The position numbers and the translations under genes are program-made. The notes beneath the pieces were generated by a model. It did no database searches and was not told the origin of the DNA. It saw nothing but the letters and a program-made list of their open reading frames with translations. This document shows, in pieces, positions 30,426-45,300 of a stretch of 64,000 bases of DNA; position 1 is the stretch's first letter, and every line of letters starts with the position of its first letter. The stretch spans positions 1 through 64,000 of the forward strand of contig CAXHJY010000289.1 in assembly GCA_964016885.1 (NCBI GenBank), given 5' to 3'. The stretch comes from Eledone cirrhosa (taxonomy: Eukaryota).

Positions 30426-33400
30426 GGATTCAGATTAAATGCCTTAGTGTTTATTCTGGTTCACTGCATGCTGAGTTCAAATCCTTTGAGGTCAACTTTG
30501 ACTTTCATCCTTTCAGGGTTGATAAAGGGACAATGTACTGGCAGAATTGTTAAAGAATCTGACAGAATGCATTGCAATATCTGGCTTTGTGCATTTTGAG
30601 TTCAAATTTTGCCTCTTTCTGCCAAGAGTTGTAACCTGCAGATAGTATTAGCAATGGAAAGACCAATGAAAAACCCTGTTTCTTTGGTCTGATCTGACAA
30701 TTGGTTCCTTTTCTTTTAGAGTAAATGTTTAACTCTTTTGTTACAAACCATCCCTGGTTCTACATTAAGAAAACTGATTATATTTATCTAAAAACCTTCC
30801 ATCATAATTTTATGTAAAAACCTTTGTTCTAAATACCAACTTAACAATTCAAAAATTAGCTATATCATTAAATCCCTTCAAATTTAAGATTATTTTCAGG
30901 CAGTATACTTCATTAGATATATGGTAACAAAAGGGTTAATATAGAATTGGTGCCTGCTGGAATATAAAGCCTATACATCAAATACTGTCTAGGTCAATTT
31001 ATCTTTTCAATTCTCCAAATCTACATTACAATTTTACCAAGTTCATTGTAAATTAATTTTAGGGGGGGGGGGAAAAAATCGTATTGCTATCTTGCCACAG
31101 ATGTTGCTGTCAAATGAATCTAGTAAAACAATTGAAGATGAAGGTTAAAGTACATAGCCAACTAATTAAAGTCAATGACACAATACTCAACTGCTTGAAC
31201 ATATGAATTCTCTTACTCTTTCTAATTCTATCTATCTATCTATATCCCACCCTCCTATCTCTCTTTCTTTCCCAAATTCATTCCCCTCTCTCTCTCTCTT
31301 TTATATATGTGTGTGTGCATGTCATCATTTTCGTCATTTTACCTCTACTTTCCATATTGGTCTGGCCATTACAAAATGAGTTGGTTCTTTTTTGGAGTTA
31401 CTGCCCTCCTGCCATCCATGTCTCACTCATGGATTCCATTTTTGGCATGGTTTCTACTGCTGGATACCCTTCGTAGCACCAACCACTGTCTCTCTAGTTC
31501 TATGAAACAAAACCATCCACTTTAAATAGTTCCTATTTAAATTAGAATCTTCCAGCATAATTTTATATAAGAATGAAAAAGTTAGTTGTCTACAAAATCC
31601 CTCCAAATTAATTGAAATACATGCAGTTTCAAATAAAATGTTTACAAAAGAGTTGAGGGACATTTGAGATTTTTTTATAACTACAAATTCACACAGGACC
31701 CAGTAAGATATGACTAAGAAAAATATTACAGTGTGGTGTGGTGTGGTTCTAGAAGAGATTGCATATTGTTTGGTGAGTCATCATCATCACTGCTTTTATG
31801 TCTACCTTTCCATAGGTTAGACATGACACTTTGAAGCAGTGTTTTACAGCTGGGTCCTTTTTTAGACACCAACCCTTTTAGTTACCTTATGGTGTGCAGA
31901 AATATGATGTACCTATTTTAAAAACTGGGATACACACTTATAAATAAGAATGAAACCAGATGGAGGCAGTGGTGTGCTGGAGTGCAATCTGAAAATTTGC
32001 AGAAACGGTGAAAGAATTAATCAGGACTATGATCCAATGCATTCAGACTATGACCATCTTACCATTTTGAAAATATTGTACCCCAGGTACAGTGTCTTTT
32101 TTAAGTATGGTTTAAGAGAGAATTGGTTGCTATTACTTGCAGATTTAACAACTATATATATACACACACATACACAGGCTTCCTCATTAGCTCATAGTTC
32201 AGATGTTGGCAACCTGGTCATTTGGTTACTGTTTCCTTAGGAAGTAAAAACAGCTAGTCAGTTAGTTGAAATTTTATACCATACACCTGAAATCTTGTCA
32301 TCTTTTAAAGTGTTTTTTAAAAAGTTACACACAATTACTCAAGTACATTGCTAGCTACTTTTTTGTAGCTAAAGATCTGCAATATATTTTACCCTTTTAT
32401 ATCATGCAAACCCCAAGTACACACATAGTTGTTCATATTTTTTAGAAAACTAATGTAACATCTCTGTATATATATATAGACCGCATATTAAACAGTTATA
32501 TTTTAAATTAAATAATCACGTATGAACTGTTGAATGTATAACCTCACACCACTAGAACATGATAACAGAATTAATAATCACTATAGGTTGTATTTGCTAT
32601 GCATGTAATATTTCCTAACCATTACTTATAATTTTCAAGCCATTTTGAAAATATTCAGGAATGTAGAAAGGTTTAGAGCACCAGCTTAATAATGGAATAG
32701 TTTTGTCATTTTACAAAACCCCTTCAAATTCTTGATTATTTTCAAAATTAATTGAAATATATAGGCAATGTTTTTGTTGTTTTTTTTTCTTCTTATATAA
32801 GAAATATGACTCAAAGGATTAAATTAATTTATGTAAACACTAAATGTGACTTCTGCCAAACTGTCAATTAAGTTTTGTATTTTAACCCTTTTGATACCAA
32901 ACCACCTGAAACAATAATTAAGGGGTTTATTTTAAATTGTTTAAATTTATCTAAACATCTTGTATAATTTTATCTAAGATATCTCCAAATTCTTGATAAT
33001 TTTAGGCATTGGTTTTCATTCGAAATATAGTAATGAAAAGGTTAAGTTTTGGGTTTTTTTTAACTCAAGGTTTGGTTGTAACAGCTATTTTAAGTACACA
33101 TCATCCTGCTAGAAATTGCAGCTAAAACTCCCTCAAAACGTACTTTGTTGACTGAAGAGATAGAGATGTGGTCATCGTTTAAATGCCTATTGATCATCAA
33201 TCTGCTTGATCAGAACTGATCTGGGTCTAAACATGTCACATGGAGTTACTTGATATCTCTCTCTCCCATGGGAAAAAGACACGACCCAATCGATTACAAG
33301 CCTCCCTCATATCTTAGTTTTATCTCTATCCCCACACTATCAGCTCATACTTCCCTTTCAACATATCCTTTATTATTACCTGTTTCTCTGAAGTCATTTA

Positions 33401-34021
33401 AAACCAATCATAGCTTCATATTCCACCTGCTAGTTGCTTCTGAACTACTGATTGCATTCACATGTAATTTTGTTTTTTGCAACTGCTTCACCTTGTAAAC
33501 TAGATTCTTTATATTTTCTCTTCAATATGGTGGAGCTAAATAAACAGAATGATTATTGAAACTACTCTAATTTAACTTGAACCAATTAATTGTATATTCT
33601 TCCATCCTAAGAAATGATCAACAAATTCATTAGACTAACATTTCCAATAAAATATATATTTTATGAAATGTGTGTGTGTTTTCACATAGTTGGTTCTAGT
33701 CCAAAGTCTGAAACCTGTACATTAATAATGGTTTCTGATTTAGGCACAAGGCCAACAATTTTGAGGAGGGGAAAGTCCATTAAATCGGCCCCAGTACGTT
33801 ACTAGTACTTTATCGACCACGTAAGGATGAAAAACAAAGCTAACCTCAGCGGTATTTCGACTCAGATTTTAAAGAGCCATAACTCTGACATAAAGCATGT
33901 TTGATGCTCTAACGATATTGCCAATTGACCTCCCTAACCTGTACAATAATACATTCATACACACATACGTATGTGTGTATGTATGTATGTATATATATAT
34001 GTGTTTAAGAGGGATAAGTTG

Positions 34022-34295
34022 TTGTGCGGGAAAGAAGACTGCGATGGTATGGATATGTGATGTGCATGGAGGATGATCACTGGGTAAAGAACTGCCAAGA
34101 AATGCCAGTTGAAGGAAGACATTATAGAGGAAGACCACAAAAAACATGGGCGGAGGTGGTGAGAGCAGACCTCAGATCACTGAAGCTCACAGTGGAGATG
34201 ACGAAGGACCGTGACAAGTGGAGAGATGCTGTGCTGAATAAGACCCATCCCACCCTTGCAAGCAGGGAAAAGCGGACGTCAAATGATGATGATGA
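34022..34295 (+). mobile_element. RTE 3' end fragment whose ORF runs directly into the tail
   Basis: RERRLRWYGYV...GRPQKTW...DRDKWR followed by CCCTTGCAAGCAGGGAAAAGCGGACGTCAAAT(GAT)n. Confidence 0.9.
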
Positions 34296-37200
34296 TATCA
34301 TCGTCATTCTTTTTACATCTATTTTTCCATGCTTGTATGGGTTAGTTGAGATCTTTTGTGGCAGATTTTCTACAGCTAAATCATCTTTCTGGCATTAACC
34401 CATACCTTAGTCTTAGTGTGATATATGCCACTGACATCTGTCAACCCACTACTCAGCAGGGTGTATTGTCTATGGGGAACATCAAGAACTGCCTCTGCAA
34501 ACTTTATAAATGGTATCAATGACATTTGCAGCAATTGGCATACATATATAAACACATCCATATATACTTATGCTGTACACTTTCTTACAGTTTCTGTCTA
34601 CAAATTTCACTCACAGGCATTGGTCAACCTGTGACTATAGAAGACATTTATCCAAGATGCCACATAGTGGGACTGAACCTAAAACCATGTGATTCTGAAG
34701 CAAACATCTTAACTACACAGCCATGCTGTATATGGTTGTATGTATGTGTATATAATTTGCCATAGATATACAACTTAAAACAAGCAGTGACGTTTATGTC
34801 CTGCATATACAATACAGTTGGCAATTTAGACATTTGATGAAAGTCATTTGTATATACCTCAAAAAGTTTCATCCAACCCATGCCAGCATGGAAAAGCTGA
34901 CATAAAACTGATGATGGAGATGAAGAATGAATTATCAAAAATAAAACAAAACTTTTTCACTCTAATTATTAGCCTTTTAATTCTGGTAGATTTATTGATC
35001 TTCTAAAGATCAATAATTTATAATTGAGCTTTAGAAGGCTGAGGCTTCTACCAAATATATAATAAAAGATTAATGGAAGTTGAATACCAAAACCAAGTGA
35101 CATTAAATATCTAAATCTTAAACATAATTTTTCTTCATTTGTTTCATCACAAACATCTCACTTCTTCATTTATGATCAGCTATTATATATTCTAAACTGC
35201 TGTCTACATATGTGTTTGTGAATGGTAGGAAGTCTCTCAGACATGACAGTTTACTGGCCTAAAGCTTTATACCTAATTAGGAAATATTGTTTTTTCACTA
35301 TCTATAATGGCGATATCAGTGACAGTGTTAGACAATAATACACCATTAGACTTCACAGTATTTAGACAAAATATGAGGTATCTTCTACATGGTAGCTTGA
35401 GCTGGTAGAAATAACAACCAAATCTCCATCAAATCACTGTTTCTCTAAGATCAAAGAGATTGATGCTGTTGATATTCTATTTAAATTGTTGCAGGTCCAA
35501 TCTTTTGAGATAGACATGACCAGAAGTGTTCCAAACAGCCAATGTTCTGGTCTGGGCAGGGAGTGAGTGAGGAGTGCTTGGGTGAAGGCATGTGTTCAAC
35601 AAGTTCCAGGGAGCAGAGACTTTTATACTAACCTGATAGAAATAGCAGCAAAATCTCCCTCAAATCACTATACTGCCTCTTTAAAAAGAGACATTGCATA
35701 ATGTAGTCCAGAGAACCTGATGCTAAATAATACAGGGTGGCGACAGTTAGAATACTTTTGATTATAGGTCTGCACTTCCAAGTCTGAGCTAAGAGTAAAC
35801 ATCTATAACAGTATTTAGATGAGCCAACACGCAAGTCTAAATGTAGTCATTCGGCCAGTTAGAAATAGCAACCAAATACCCCTTGAATCACTCTACTGTC
35901 TCTTAAAAAGGATGCATTCAATAATTGTAGTCTAGGATACCCACTGCTTGATAAAAGACAAGATGGTCACAACTAGAATAGATTTGATTTTAGATTTACT
36001 TGTATGATTGGGACTACATTGTTTCTTTTTGTTTTTTTTTTATGTCAATTGTGTATGATTTGAGTGTTTTGGCTACTATTCCTAGCTGGTTAAATGACTG
36101 CATAAGTTATATTGATTAGGTCCTATAAAACTGAAATATATCTCAAACAGTCCCTTTTACCTGCAAACAGTTCCGATTTTCTCCTCAGCATACAAATTAT
36201 ATTTCTGACTAATTCTTAATTTCTTGAAACATCCTCCTCCTTTTCTTTGAGAGTCACTAACAATTACAGCTGGTTTGTTTGTATTTTTTCTTCAGCTAAG
36301 AGGGAAATTTCAATTAGAAACTTTTTGTATGTCAGTCAATACATCACCCCCTAATATTTTGGATTTTTTATACCACTAAGTTGATAAATGCAACAATTGT
36401 GATGAAATGCACATAGTCTTAACTGTAAAGTGGTTGGTGATGTTGAAGGCATTTGGTCATATTCACCTCACCAAAAAAGAAATGAGCATAAAATAATTGT
36501 TTCTACTTTAGGCACAAGGCCAGCAAATACCCAGTTCATTACTGGTACTTTATTTTATCGACACCGTAAGGATGAAAGGCAAAGTCAACCTCGGCGGGAT
36601 GAGCATAAAATAATGATTAATAAACTAGTTACCAATCCTATGTATAATTTTTTATTTAAGGCCACAATGATGAGAGAGATGCTTTCTTAGTTTCTAATAC
36701 CAACTTGTCCAAAACCGCCTCTGGTTTTATGAAACAAAGCACCTTTTTTTAAAGAGTGTCTGCTTAAATTAAAATCTTCCAACACAATTCTATATAAGAA
36801 CCTTTTATGTTACAAATACCATCTTAATAATGAAATAATTTTACTAAATCCCTCCAAATTCTTCATTAATTAATTTAAATATGGTGTATTTCATTAGAAA
36901 TACAGTATCTGCTTCCCATTCATGCTTTTGAGTGTTGCGATTTAAACAGTCCTAACTATGGAATGCAATTGGAAGCATAATCAAAATCAACATCATGGAA
37001 CAATTTTAATATCTTTAAATTTATGCATCAAAACAACCATTAAAAGATGTATGAAATGTTGACTTTCCACTGGTCCTTGTAGTTTGTTACTGGGAGACAG
37101 ACACAATGGCTGGTTCATGGATAGGTTTATTGATTGAGATATCTATATTTGGTTGTTACAGTTTTATCATTTGAAGAAAGTTTTAATTTCACTTGCTTAA

Positions 37201-37364
37201 TTAAACAGGCACCGTGCTTATTTAATGTAATTTTAATGATAAAAAGAAAATAAATGTTGGCAAGGGTGTTTGCTTCAAACATTGTATGGAGACTGAAAAA
37301 AATTGTTACAAATCTATACTTTAATTAGTTATAATACTTTGTTAGAGTACTATTCACCTCCATA

Positions 37365-37782
37365 AATGGTGGCATACCATCTGCATCCATAACCTTCCAA
37401 AGGGCTCCACGATCTACTGAATCAAAAGCAGTGACAAAATCTATGAAGCAGACAAGGGCCCTCTGCTGATAGCACCAGCAATGCTCAAGCACCCGATGCA
37501 GCGTGAAAATCTGATCTGTACACTCTCGACCAGGACGAAAACCGCATTGATTTGGCCTTCTGCGTGAATCTCATTGATTTTGAAATCGCTTTAGCAGTAT
37601 AGTAGCGAATATCTTAGCAGCAATGTCGATTAGGGTTATACCGCGGTAGTTGCTGCAACAACGTTTATTGCCTTTCTTGAAAAACGGAAGCAGAACAGCA
37701 TCACTCCAGTCTTGGGAGAGGCCTTCAGATTCCCAGACACGGACAATAATTTTGTGAAGGGGCTGGGCTAATATATCGGTAG
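37365..37782 (-). pseudogene. RT fragment of a third RTE family
   Basis: Manual translation: DWSDAVLLPFFKKGNKRCCSNYRGITLIDIAAKIF...NQ*DSRRRPNQCGFRPGRECTDQIFTL...FIDFVTAFDSVDR; one in-frame stop. Confidence 0.88.
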
Positions 37783-38136
37783 AGTATGGCCTACTTGGGA
37801 GTAAATGTAATCCGTTACCAAATTTATCACCACCACATTGTGCTTAGATACTTTGAGTGGAGTCCACTGTTAAAATCTTTCAGACCAAGACTCTGTTTTG
37901 AGGATTTCCTCCTCTTTGCTCTCATTAGTCTTCAGCTTATGGACACTGTCTTTCTTCCTATGCATATAAGAAAAATAAGGCAACAAATAATGTTGAAATT
38001 ACTTCTTTATATTATTTAAGCTATCACAGCTATGGTCTTGCTTCAATACCATGTTCAGTGAGGATAACATAAGGTACTTGATCTTCACACATTGTACTAC
38101 TGAACTGCAGGGCATAAACAAATGTTATTGTTTGCA

Positions 38137-38270
38137 ACATCATCATTTTACGTCCGCTTTTCCCTGCCTGAAAGAGTGGGACGGGAACTGATTCTGGCTT
38201 GATTTCTACAGCTGGATGTCCTTCTTAACACCAACCTCATTTACAGCGAGTGCTGGGTGCTTTTTTTTCT
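38137..38270 (-). mobile_element. SINE family B 3' fragment
   Basis: Reverse complement of 59695-59825. Confidence 0.85.
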
Positions 38271-38314
38271 GTAGTGTCAAATGTTAAGATACACATACTC
38301 ATACACACATTTAT

Positions 38315-38470
38315 GCAATAGGCTTTCATATAGTTCTTGCCTACCAAATTCACTCACAAGGCATTACTCAGCTTGAGGCCATATAAGTCATTTGCCCAAG
38401 GTCCCATAGTCAGATAGAACCTGAAACCGTATGGTTATGAACTGAATTTCTTAACCACACAGCCATACTC
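38315..38470 (-). mobile_element. tRNA-derived CORE-like SINE (family C), decayed
   Basis: Minus strand reads TGGCTGTGTGGTTAAG...GGTTC...CCTTGGGCAA; other copies near 21800-21935, 26620-26775, 34575-34725 and 46440-46570. Confidence 0.65.
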
Positions 38471-39508
38471 CACAATTCTCTCTTTTCTTTCTTTTAACAT
38501 CCCACTTCCAGAAACTAGTTCTACTAAAAGTAAGGCATTATTTACTTTAAATATTTTCATTACTACCAAACATTATCAGAGGTGTGTGCTGTATCCTTTA
38601 TGTGAATCATAAAGGGTATGCGAAACTCTACCGCCCCCTGGTTAAGCAAGCAAATAAATTTTTTTTTTTTTAAATATATTTTCTTTGCCAGACATTCAAC
38701 TATGCCATTCTAGGAGTGGTTATTGCTGCTCATAGAAACTTACATAAATTGAACTCATTTCTCAACAATTACTCTCTTTCTCTCTCTCTCACTCTCTCCA
38801 TCTCTCAATTTATTTGTTATCTTTATTTTCATTCACAGTCAGTATAATAATGTGTCTAATAAACTAATTTATTATTCACATTTGATCATTTTATCCAAAT
38901 AATCGGCAGTGGCTTAGAAATAAATTCTTAGCAAAAGAAGAAAAGTAGTTAATTGCCAAGGACATGTGTGAGTATCTAAACTATAATAAAGTAAGGAGCG
39001 CGGGACTGCATACGGTTTATAATTGTTTATCTCATTAGTAAAATAAGTTGGATTACTTTAAATAAATAATGAATGAATATTACATAATTTATCTACTAAA
39101 TTTCGTGGCTGTTGATTAAATATATTTTGTTTATTTAAAGATTCACTTCTTTAAAATTTCTGAAATGTCAACGCTTCCGGTTGGCCATCGCTGAAATAAA
39201 CATACTAATTTTCTCCTAATGCAGTTTATATATAAATCATCTTTTTTAATGTATCATGGATTACGTTACTGATTACATAAGACAATTTCTATGTATTATA
39301 TATTGTCAATTACGATTTTATTGGATGTATCATATCTACATGTATATATACCTGCGTAAAATATCAATATACACACTAGACATGCTAGCAGAAAACCATC
39401 CGAAGGGTGGTTTTTCTGCTAGTATAGTTAATAAATGAAACAAACAAAACACAGGAGGCAATTTTTACACAGTTATATTAGGTTCATGCTTGGTGGAAGT
39501 GGAGGAGG

Positions 39509-39544
39509 TTTCAACGTTTCAGACAGAAGTCCTCCTTCAGGAAA
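39509..39544 (-). ncRNA. Minimal hammerhead motif with A9-to-G core change
   Basis: Minus strand TTTC-CTGAAGG-aGGAC ttct GTCT-GAAA-CG-TT-GAAA; the ACGT stem III is typical of Penelope minimal hammerheads. Confidence 0.6.
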
Positions 39545-40924
39545 ATTTGGATAGGGAGAGAACAGATACATGAAAGAGTAAATAGAGAAGGAAATTTAAA
39601 AATCAAAATATATATATATACACACATACATACAGTGTGTGTATGTATGTATATGGCTTTGATTGCAGAGGACCTGAGAGAGCTGGAGAAAGGTGGGATG
39701 AGTATCCCCTTCAGTTGAGTCAATGACTGACAGCCTCACTAGTGCTGATGCCACAAAGGGACATACCTAGTGCACTCTGTGGGGTGGTTGGTGTTTTCCT
39801 TCCATCTATTCAGGGTGCTGGATTGGCTGAATTAAAGCTTTGGACAAGATGCCTTGCAATATCTGTTCCACCTTTGTGCATTCTGAGTTCATAATTCTAC
39901 CTTTTGTCACCAGAAAAATGGTTGCGTAATAGGACTGGAGCCCCTACAATTAAAACACCCAAGAAACTGCCTGTGTGATGTAATCCTATTGGTGGTCAAC
40001 TAAACCTATGGTTTGTAACAAACAACCTATATCATTTTTTGTAAAGTTGCCTACCTATCTACTGGTTTACCTGTATGTATTGAGATATACAAAGGTAGTT
40101 TTAAGTTTCATTTGTTTACAATAGCAAATGTGGGTGTGTCCACGCAGACAATTCTAGAAAATTCAAAATATGTAATGGATTCAACATAACCTTCCTTAAA
40201 AATATTCATAAATTGAAATATAAGTTATGACTCAGTTTTACGGTGGAGCAATCTCCAGACAACTGTTGTCTTAGAAAGTGCTCCAGCATGTAACTGACTC
40301 ATAACTGCTATACAAATAAATTGCTGAAATCTTCCTCCTCGTTCACTAACACCCTCCTTCAGTTTTTTTCTTTTATACACAAATATATATAAACACGCAC
40401 GCACTTACACATATATATATATATATTGTACATGTTTTTCTTCGTTTCCCTAGATTGGAGAATTGTTCATTAGATTTAACTATTTTATTGTTGAATGCTC
40501 CTTTCTGATGATAATTACTCTGTAGTGAGGCCAGCACCTGTTTTCATTCAGGTTTTCTAAAGTAAGGTTTTATCATCTTATGTGATTTTATCACTACTAT
40601 GTTGTCATCATCAGAAAGTGGCATACCATGTTACTACCTATATAAGGTTATAATCTCGAATGTTTGTCTAATCAGAAAGCTGGCCAAGTCAGTAACGAAT
40701 AAGGAAGTTTGCAGTTCATATCTTGTCACCAGTGTCCATGAAGCTAAGAGACTTAATTTTCAAATGGCTCACACCCATTAGTTGTAAATGATATGTGCTA
40801 GTGCAGAGAGTCTCAGTCTGAACTTACATGGATTAGATAAGCTGTCGCATTCAGAGGCTAAACAGGTCAGATGACTTTCTTGCTCATACATTCCATTCTA
40901 GCATGGTTTCTATGGTTGGATACC

Positions 40925-40926
<2 letters not shown>

Positions 40927-40957
<31 letters not shown>

Positions 40958-41158
40958 GTTTAACGTCCATGTTCCACGCTTGCATAGGTTTGGACGGGAG
41001 TTTTCCCACTTGAGGCAAGAGTGGTTGTCTTGCTCGCATAGGACTGTCTGGCGGGTTTTCTACAGCTGAATGCCCTTTCTAACACCAACCACATTTACAG
41101 TGTAGGGCTGGGAGGTTTTTACCATGTTGCCTACACAGCCACATTACAGCGTGGACTG
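40927..41158 (-). mobile_element. Solo RTE 3' UTR copy with (GAT)n tail
   Basis: Collinear and highly similar to 3456-3677. Confidence 0.9.
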
Positions 41159-44100
41159 CCAATCACTTCATGGTGTGTACTAGGTGTGTTTTATTGTGGC
41201 ACAGCTACTATCACCTAACAGGGTAGACTAGGTACATTTTGTCATAGCAACAGTACTTCCATTTTTCAACACTAGGACACTCAGTGTAATATGGAATATT
41301 ATTTCTGGGTTTTTCTGTCAAGAAAGAATAGTAGAATTAAAATGTTCACTTATTCTCTTACTGTTACACATCTAAGGTTTATCAAACTGGTGCTTATCCC
41401 AGTTTCTGTGGCATAAAGCAACTGAGAGTACAATACCCACAGCATTATGATCATAAGTCCAGTACCCTTACCACTAGGCTACATGGTTTTCAATATCATG
41501 TTTAGCACCTCATAAATTTGAGTGAATGCATGAATGCACATGATCTGGTAGGTAAGGTGTTAGATGCATGATTATAATGTTGTGGGTTCAATTCTTGGAC
41601 CAGGCAGTGTGTTGTGTTCTTTAGCAAAACGTTTCCTTTCTCATTGCACCACTCCCATCAGCTGAAAAAAAAAGTGGGTCCCATACCATTAAGACACCAA
41701 GAAATTTCCTGTGAGATGCAACTTCATAGGAAGCCAGCTAAACTTACATAGGCATGGGCCGTAACAACAAACCTGAGTTCAGATCAAATCATTAACTTTG
41801 CTTCCCATCTTTCTGGGATTGGTAGAATAAATACTTAGTAAAATATTAAATTTCATTGAATGAACTACATGTTTCTCTAAACGAAATTTGCTCGTTTTTT
41901 AATCTTTTTATTACATTTTTGTAAAAAGTAATGTTACAAAGCCACTATAGTTCATATTAGGAATAGTGTGTCAGTACTATATTTGGTGGTTTATGGTTTA
42001 TAAGATGCACCCATTTTTTTTAATTTTCCCAAAATGTCAGCCTACATTGCTAAACACAAAGTTATGGTTTTAGGTTATTGGCAAGAAAAGGCTTGCCAAA
42101 ATCATTGAACTTTAAAAATTACAACTGTGTTTATTTATATCATCGTCATTTTACATCTATTTTTCCATGCTAGCATGGTTTGGAAGTGTCCAATCATTGT
42201 TGTCCTTCATCCTACACAGCAAAAGATAAAAGCAGACATTTTTCTTTCACTGGAGTGGTTGTCTCTCTGACTAAAATGTCACCTATATTTCTCCTTTTTT
42301 ATTTTTGGAATGGTTTTTACATATCTAAATTAAAATCTGACAAGAAAACTTTCACTGAAAGAATATGGACATTTGATGATTGCTTCAATGAAAATTGATA
42401 GTCCATCTCATTTTACATTAGACTGCTTAGTATATGTAGAAAGAATACATTCAACTGTAGAATATAGAAAAAATGTGTCAACTACAAACGATTATGTATG
42501 TATATGAAGAGGACCATCTTTTCTTTCATTATTTTTTAATCCCGCCGAGGTTAATTTTGCCTTTCATCCTTACGGGGTCGATAAAATAAAGTACCAGTAA
42601 TGTACTGGGTAATTGCTGGCCTTGTGCCAATAGTAGAAACAATTATTTTTTCCTGCCAGCATAGTTACATCCCTTTACGGTCTGAGTTCAAATCCTGTCG
42701 AAGTTAACTTTGCCTTTCATCCTTATGGGGTCGATAAAATAAAGTACCAGTAATGTACTGGGTAATTGCTGGCCTTGTGCCAAACGTAGAAACAATTATT
42801 TTTTCCTGCCAGCTGTGTGTTGTGTTTAGCACTGATATTAAATATGAGGCGTTTTCACTCATAATGTATGTTTACTTTATTTTTATTAATGCTCAAGTTA
42901 AGCCATTTTGAATTCTGGTGTGACAAGCTCAGACTGGGATAATTGTTAAAACTTCAGATTTGTGGTTTCCAGATGGTTGCTTACAGCTCCCTTTGGGTAT
43001 TATAATTACAATTTTAGAGGTGGAAGTTCAAAAACATATTCACTTAAGCATGAAATTCTAAACCAGAAATTTTAAAAATTGTATTTAATACACAAAAGTA
43101 AATGTTTTTATTCATCTCTATCTATGTAATCTTTGTGAAATGAATAGGTTTGGTAAATAAAAGGATAAGTTGTGTGAACTTTGCAAGCCTCTGCCTGAGA
43201 ATACTATGGGATGGATTGAAAGTCAGCAAGATTTGAGAACAGAAAGCTATAATAGTAGTTGAGTAACAAGAAATGACTGTCAAGGATAGGAATGTAAAAA
43301 GAAAAACAATCAAAGAAAGACAGGTGGTGTCCGCTACTGTATGAAATAGACATTTTTTTATAAAGAAATTAATTTCTATAACAACATATTCAAGTTAGGG
43401 GTAGGAGTGGACTATATGTCTGATTATTATAGTTCATGTCTTGTGGAACATTATTACAAGCTTATTCTGAAATTCTGAAATTTCCTGCCAAGAAGTAGGA
43501 CATAAGAATATTGTGAAAAGAAAAAGTAAAGTTTAGTGGCATAATATGCAGTTATATACCCTTTCAATACCATATTTTTAATGGAAGACATTATTTTCAA
43601 TCATTTTGAAGACAATCCAGAATTTTGAAGGATTTAATAATATAACTTTTTCACTGTTAAGCTAGTATTTAGAGCATATCACAAAATTTCTCGCATTAAA
43701 TTTTGATATGTATTTCAATATATATAAACACTTTAAAAGAATCAGTTTTGTATCATAGAACCAGGGATGGTTTCAGGCTTGATGTCAAAGGGGTTAATAT
43801 TCTGAAAAAAAATAAAGAGACAACGAAGTGTTGAATCTATTATATATAATATTTATTCTTTTGATATTAATTTCTGTGGTTGAAACCCACTGTATGGCAT
43901 ATTGGATAAGTGTCTTGGAAATTGTATGGAAGTCCATTGGATGGATTATATCTGTAATTCAAAGATCTAGTCTTGAGACACTGATTCTGCCTGAGAATTA
44001 TGTTAAGAGTACTCATATCTTCGAATACTTGGTTACTTTTATACTAATTCAATGAGTAGGTAAATCAGTTGATAGAACAATTGAATACTCATCATCAAAA

Positions 44101-44970
44101 CAGCTGGAGATCCATTTTTACATAAATAGCATATATGAGATTGTTTCCCCACCAAAAAAAAAGCCTTTAAGAATGTTGTGATGTTTGCTTGTTAGGTTTG
44201 ATAAATCATATGTATTAAGATCACAGCTGAATAAATAAACAACTAGCACTGAAATTATAACAATAAAAGTCAACAGTAGCTAGTCATTCAAATATTATTA
44301 TCATTACTGTTTGTATGCTTAAAAGTTCTAAAGTGCAATTAAAACAAATCTAGTTATAAAATTTGGTAATCAGATCATGAGAGTGTGGCTGTAATAATCC
44401 TCAGAGATTAGCATTTAAACTCTATTGTCAGTTTTGACAATGGTCACAGGTTATTTATACACTTAAAAGAGAAATTGTTAGATTATATGAAATTTATGAA
44501 AATGGTTGAGAAGGTTTTCATAAACCTTCTTTCAAAAATATGTCAATATATGTTTTTATACATGGACGCCCAACCATAAATACTGTATTTAATACATTTT
44601 CAAGAGAAATTTCCTTCCTGTCTGATAATACTATTCTCTACTTAAAATGTTGAACAGTCTACATAGAAGAGAAAATTATTCAAGGAATGGGTCATAAAAA
44701 AGTTTGTTTCAAGTTCATGTCTGAAAATGTTAAGAGGCTGGGTCAAGTTCAGCTATCTCACCTCTTGACACTCTTTTGGGTGCAGGTTAGAATATTTATA
44801 GTAACTCTTGTAATCAAAACTGCTTCCAAAGAGCTGGGGAAGAATATGAAGGGTGGTGATGGTGATCATTTTCTTGCTAAGAAATCACTTGGGGTGAGAC
44901 ATAAAAGTCTGTTATCTGGTTTTGGTGATGGAAAGAAATTCAATCTATTACTGATAACAAATTAGTCTCA

Positions 44971-45106
44971 CCATCTATTTTTTCCTCCCTCTGTTCTGTG
45001 TATATCTGACTAGAACAAGATAGCCAACTGCATATGGTAGAAAAAGGGAGGGGGGGGGTATACACACATACCCACGCTTATATATGTGTGTGTGTGTATA
45101 TATATG

Positions 45107-45142
<36 letters not shown>

Positions 45143-45300
45143 CACACCATCTATTTTTTCCTCCCTCCCTCCTCTGTTCTGTGTATATCTGACTAGAACA
45201 AGATAGCCAACTGCATATGGTAGAAAAAGAGAGGGGCGTATACACACATACCCACGCTTATATATATGTGTGTGTGTGTGTATATATATATATATACACA
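44971..45300. repeat. Tandem duplication, about 176-bp unit x2, plus a diverged partial third copy to about 45355
   Basis: CCATCTATTTTTTCCTCCCTC...GACTAGAACAAGATAGCCAACTGCATATGGTAG...CCCACGCTTAT occurs twice. Confidence 0.9.

Noticed and set aside
39160-39200. Possible minus-strand hammerhead remnant (CAGCGATGGCCAACCGGAAGCGTT)
   Set aside because: Both core boxes deviate; too degenerate to support.
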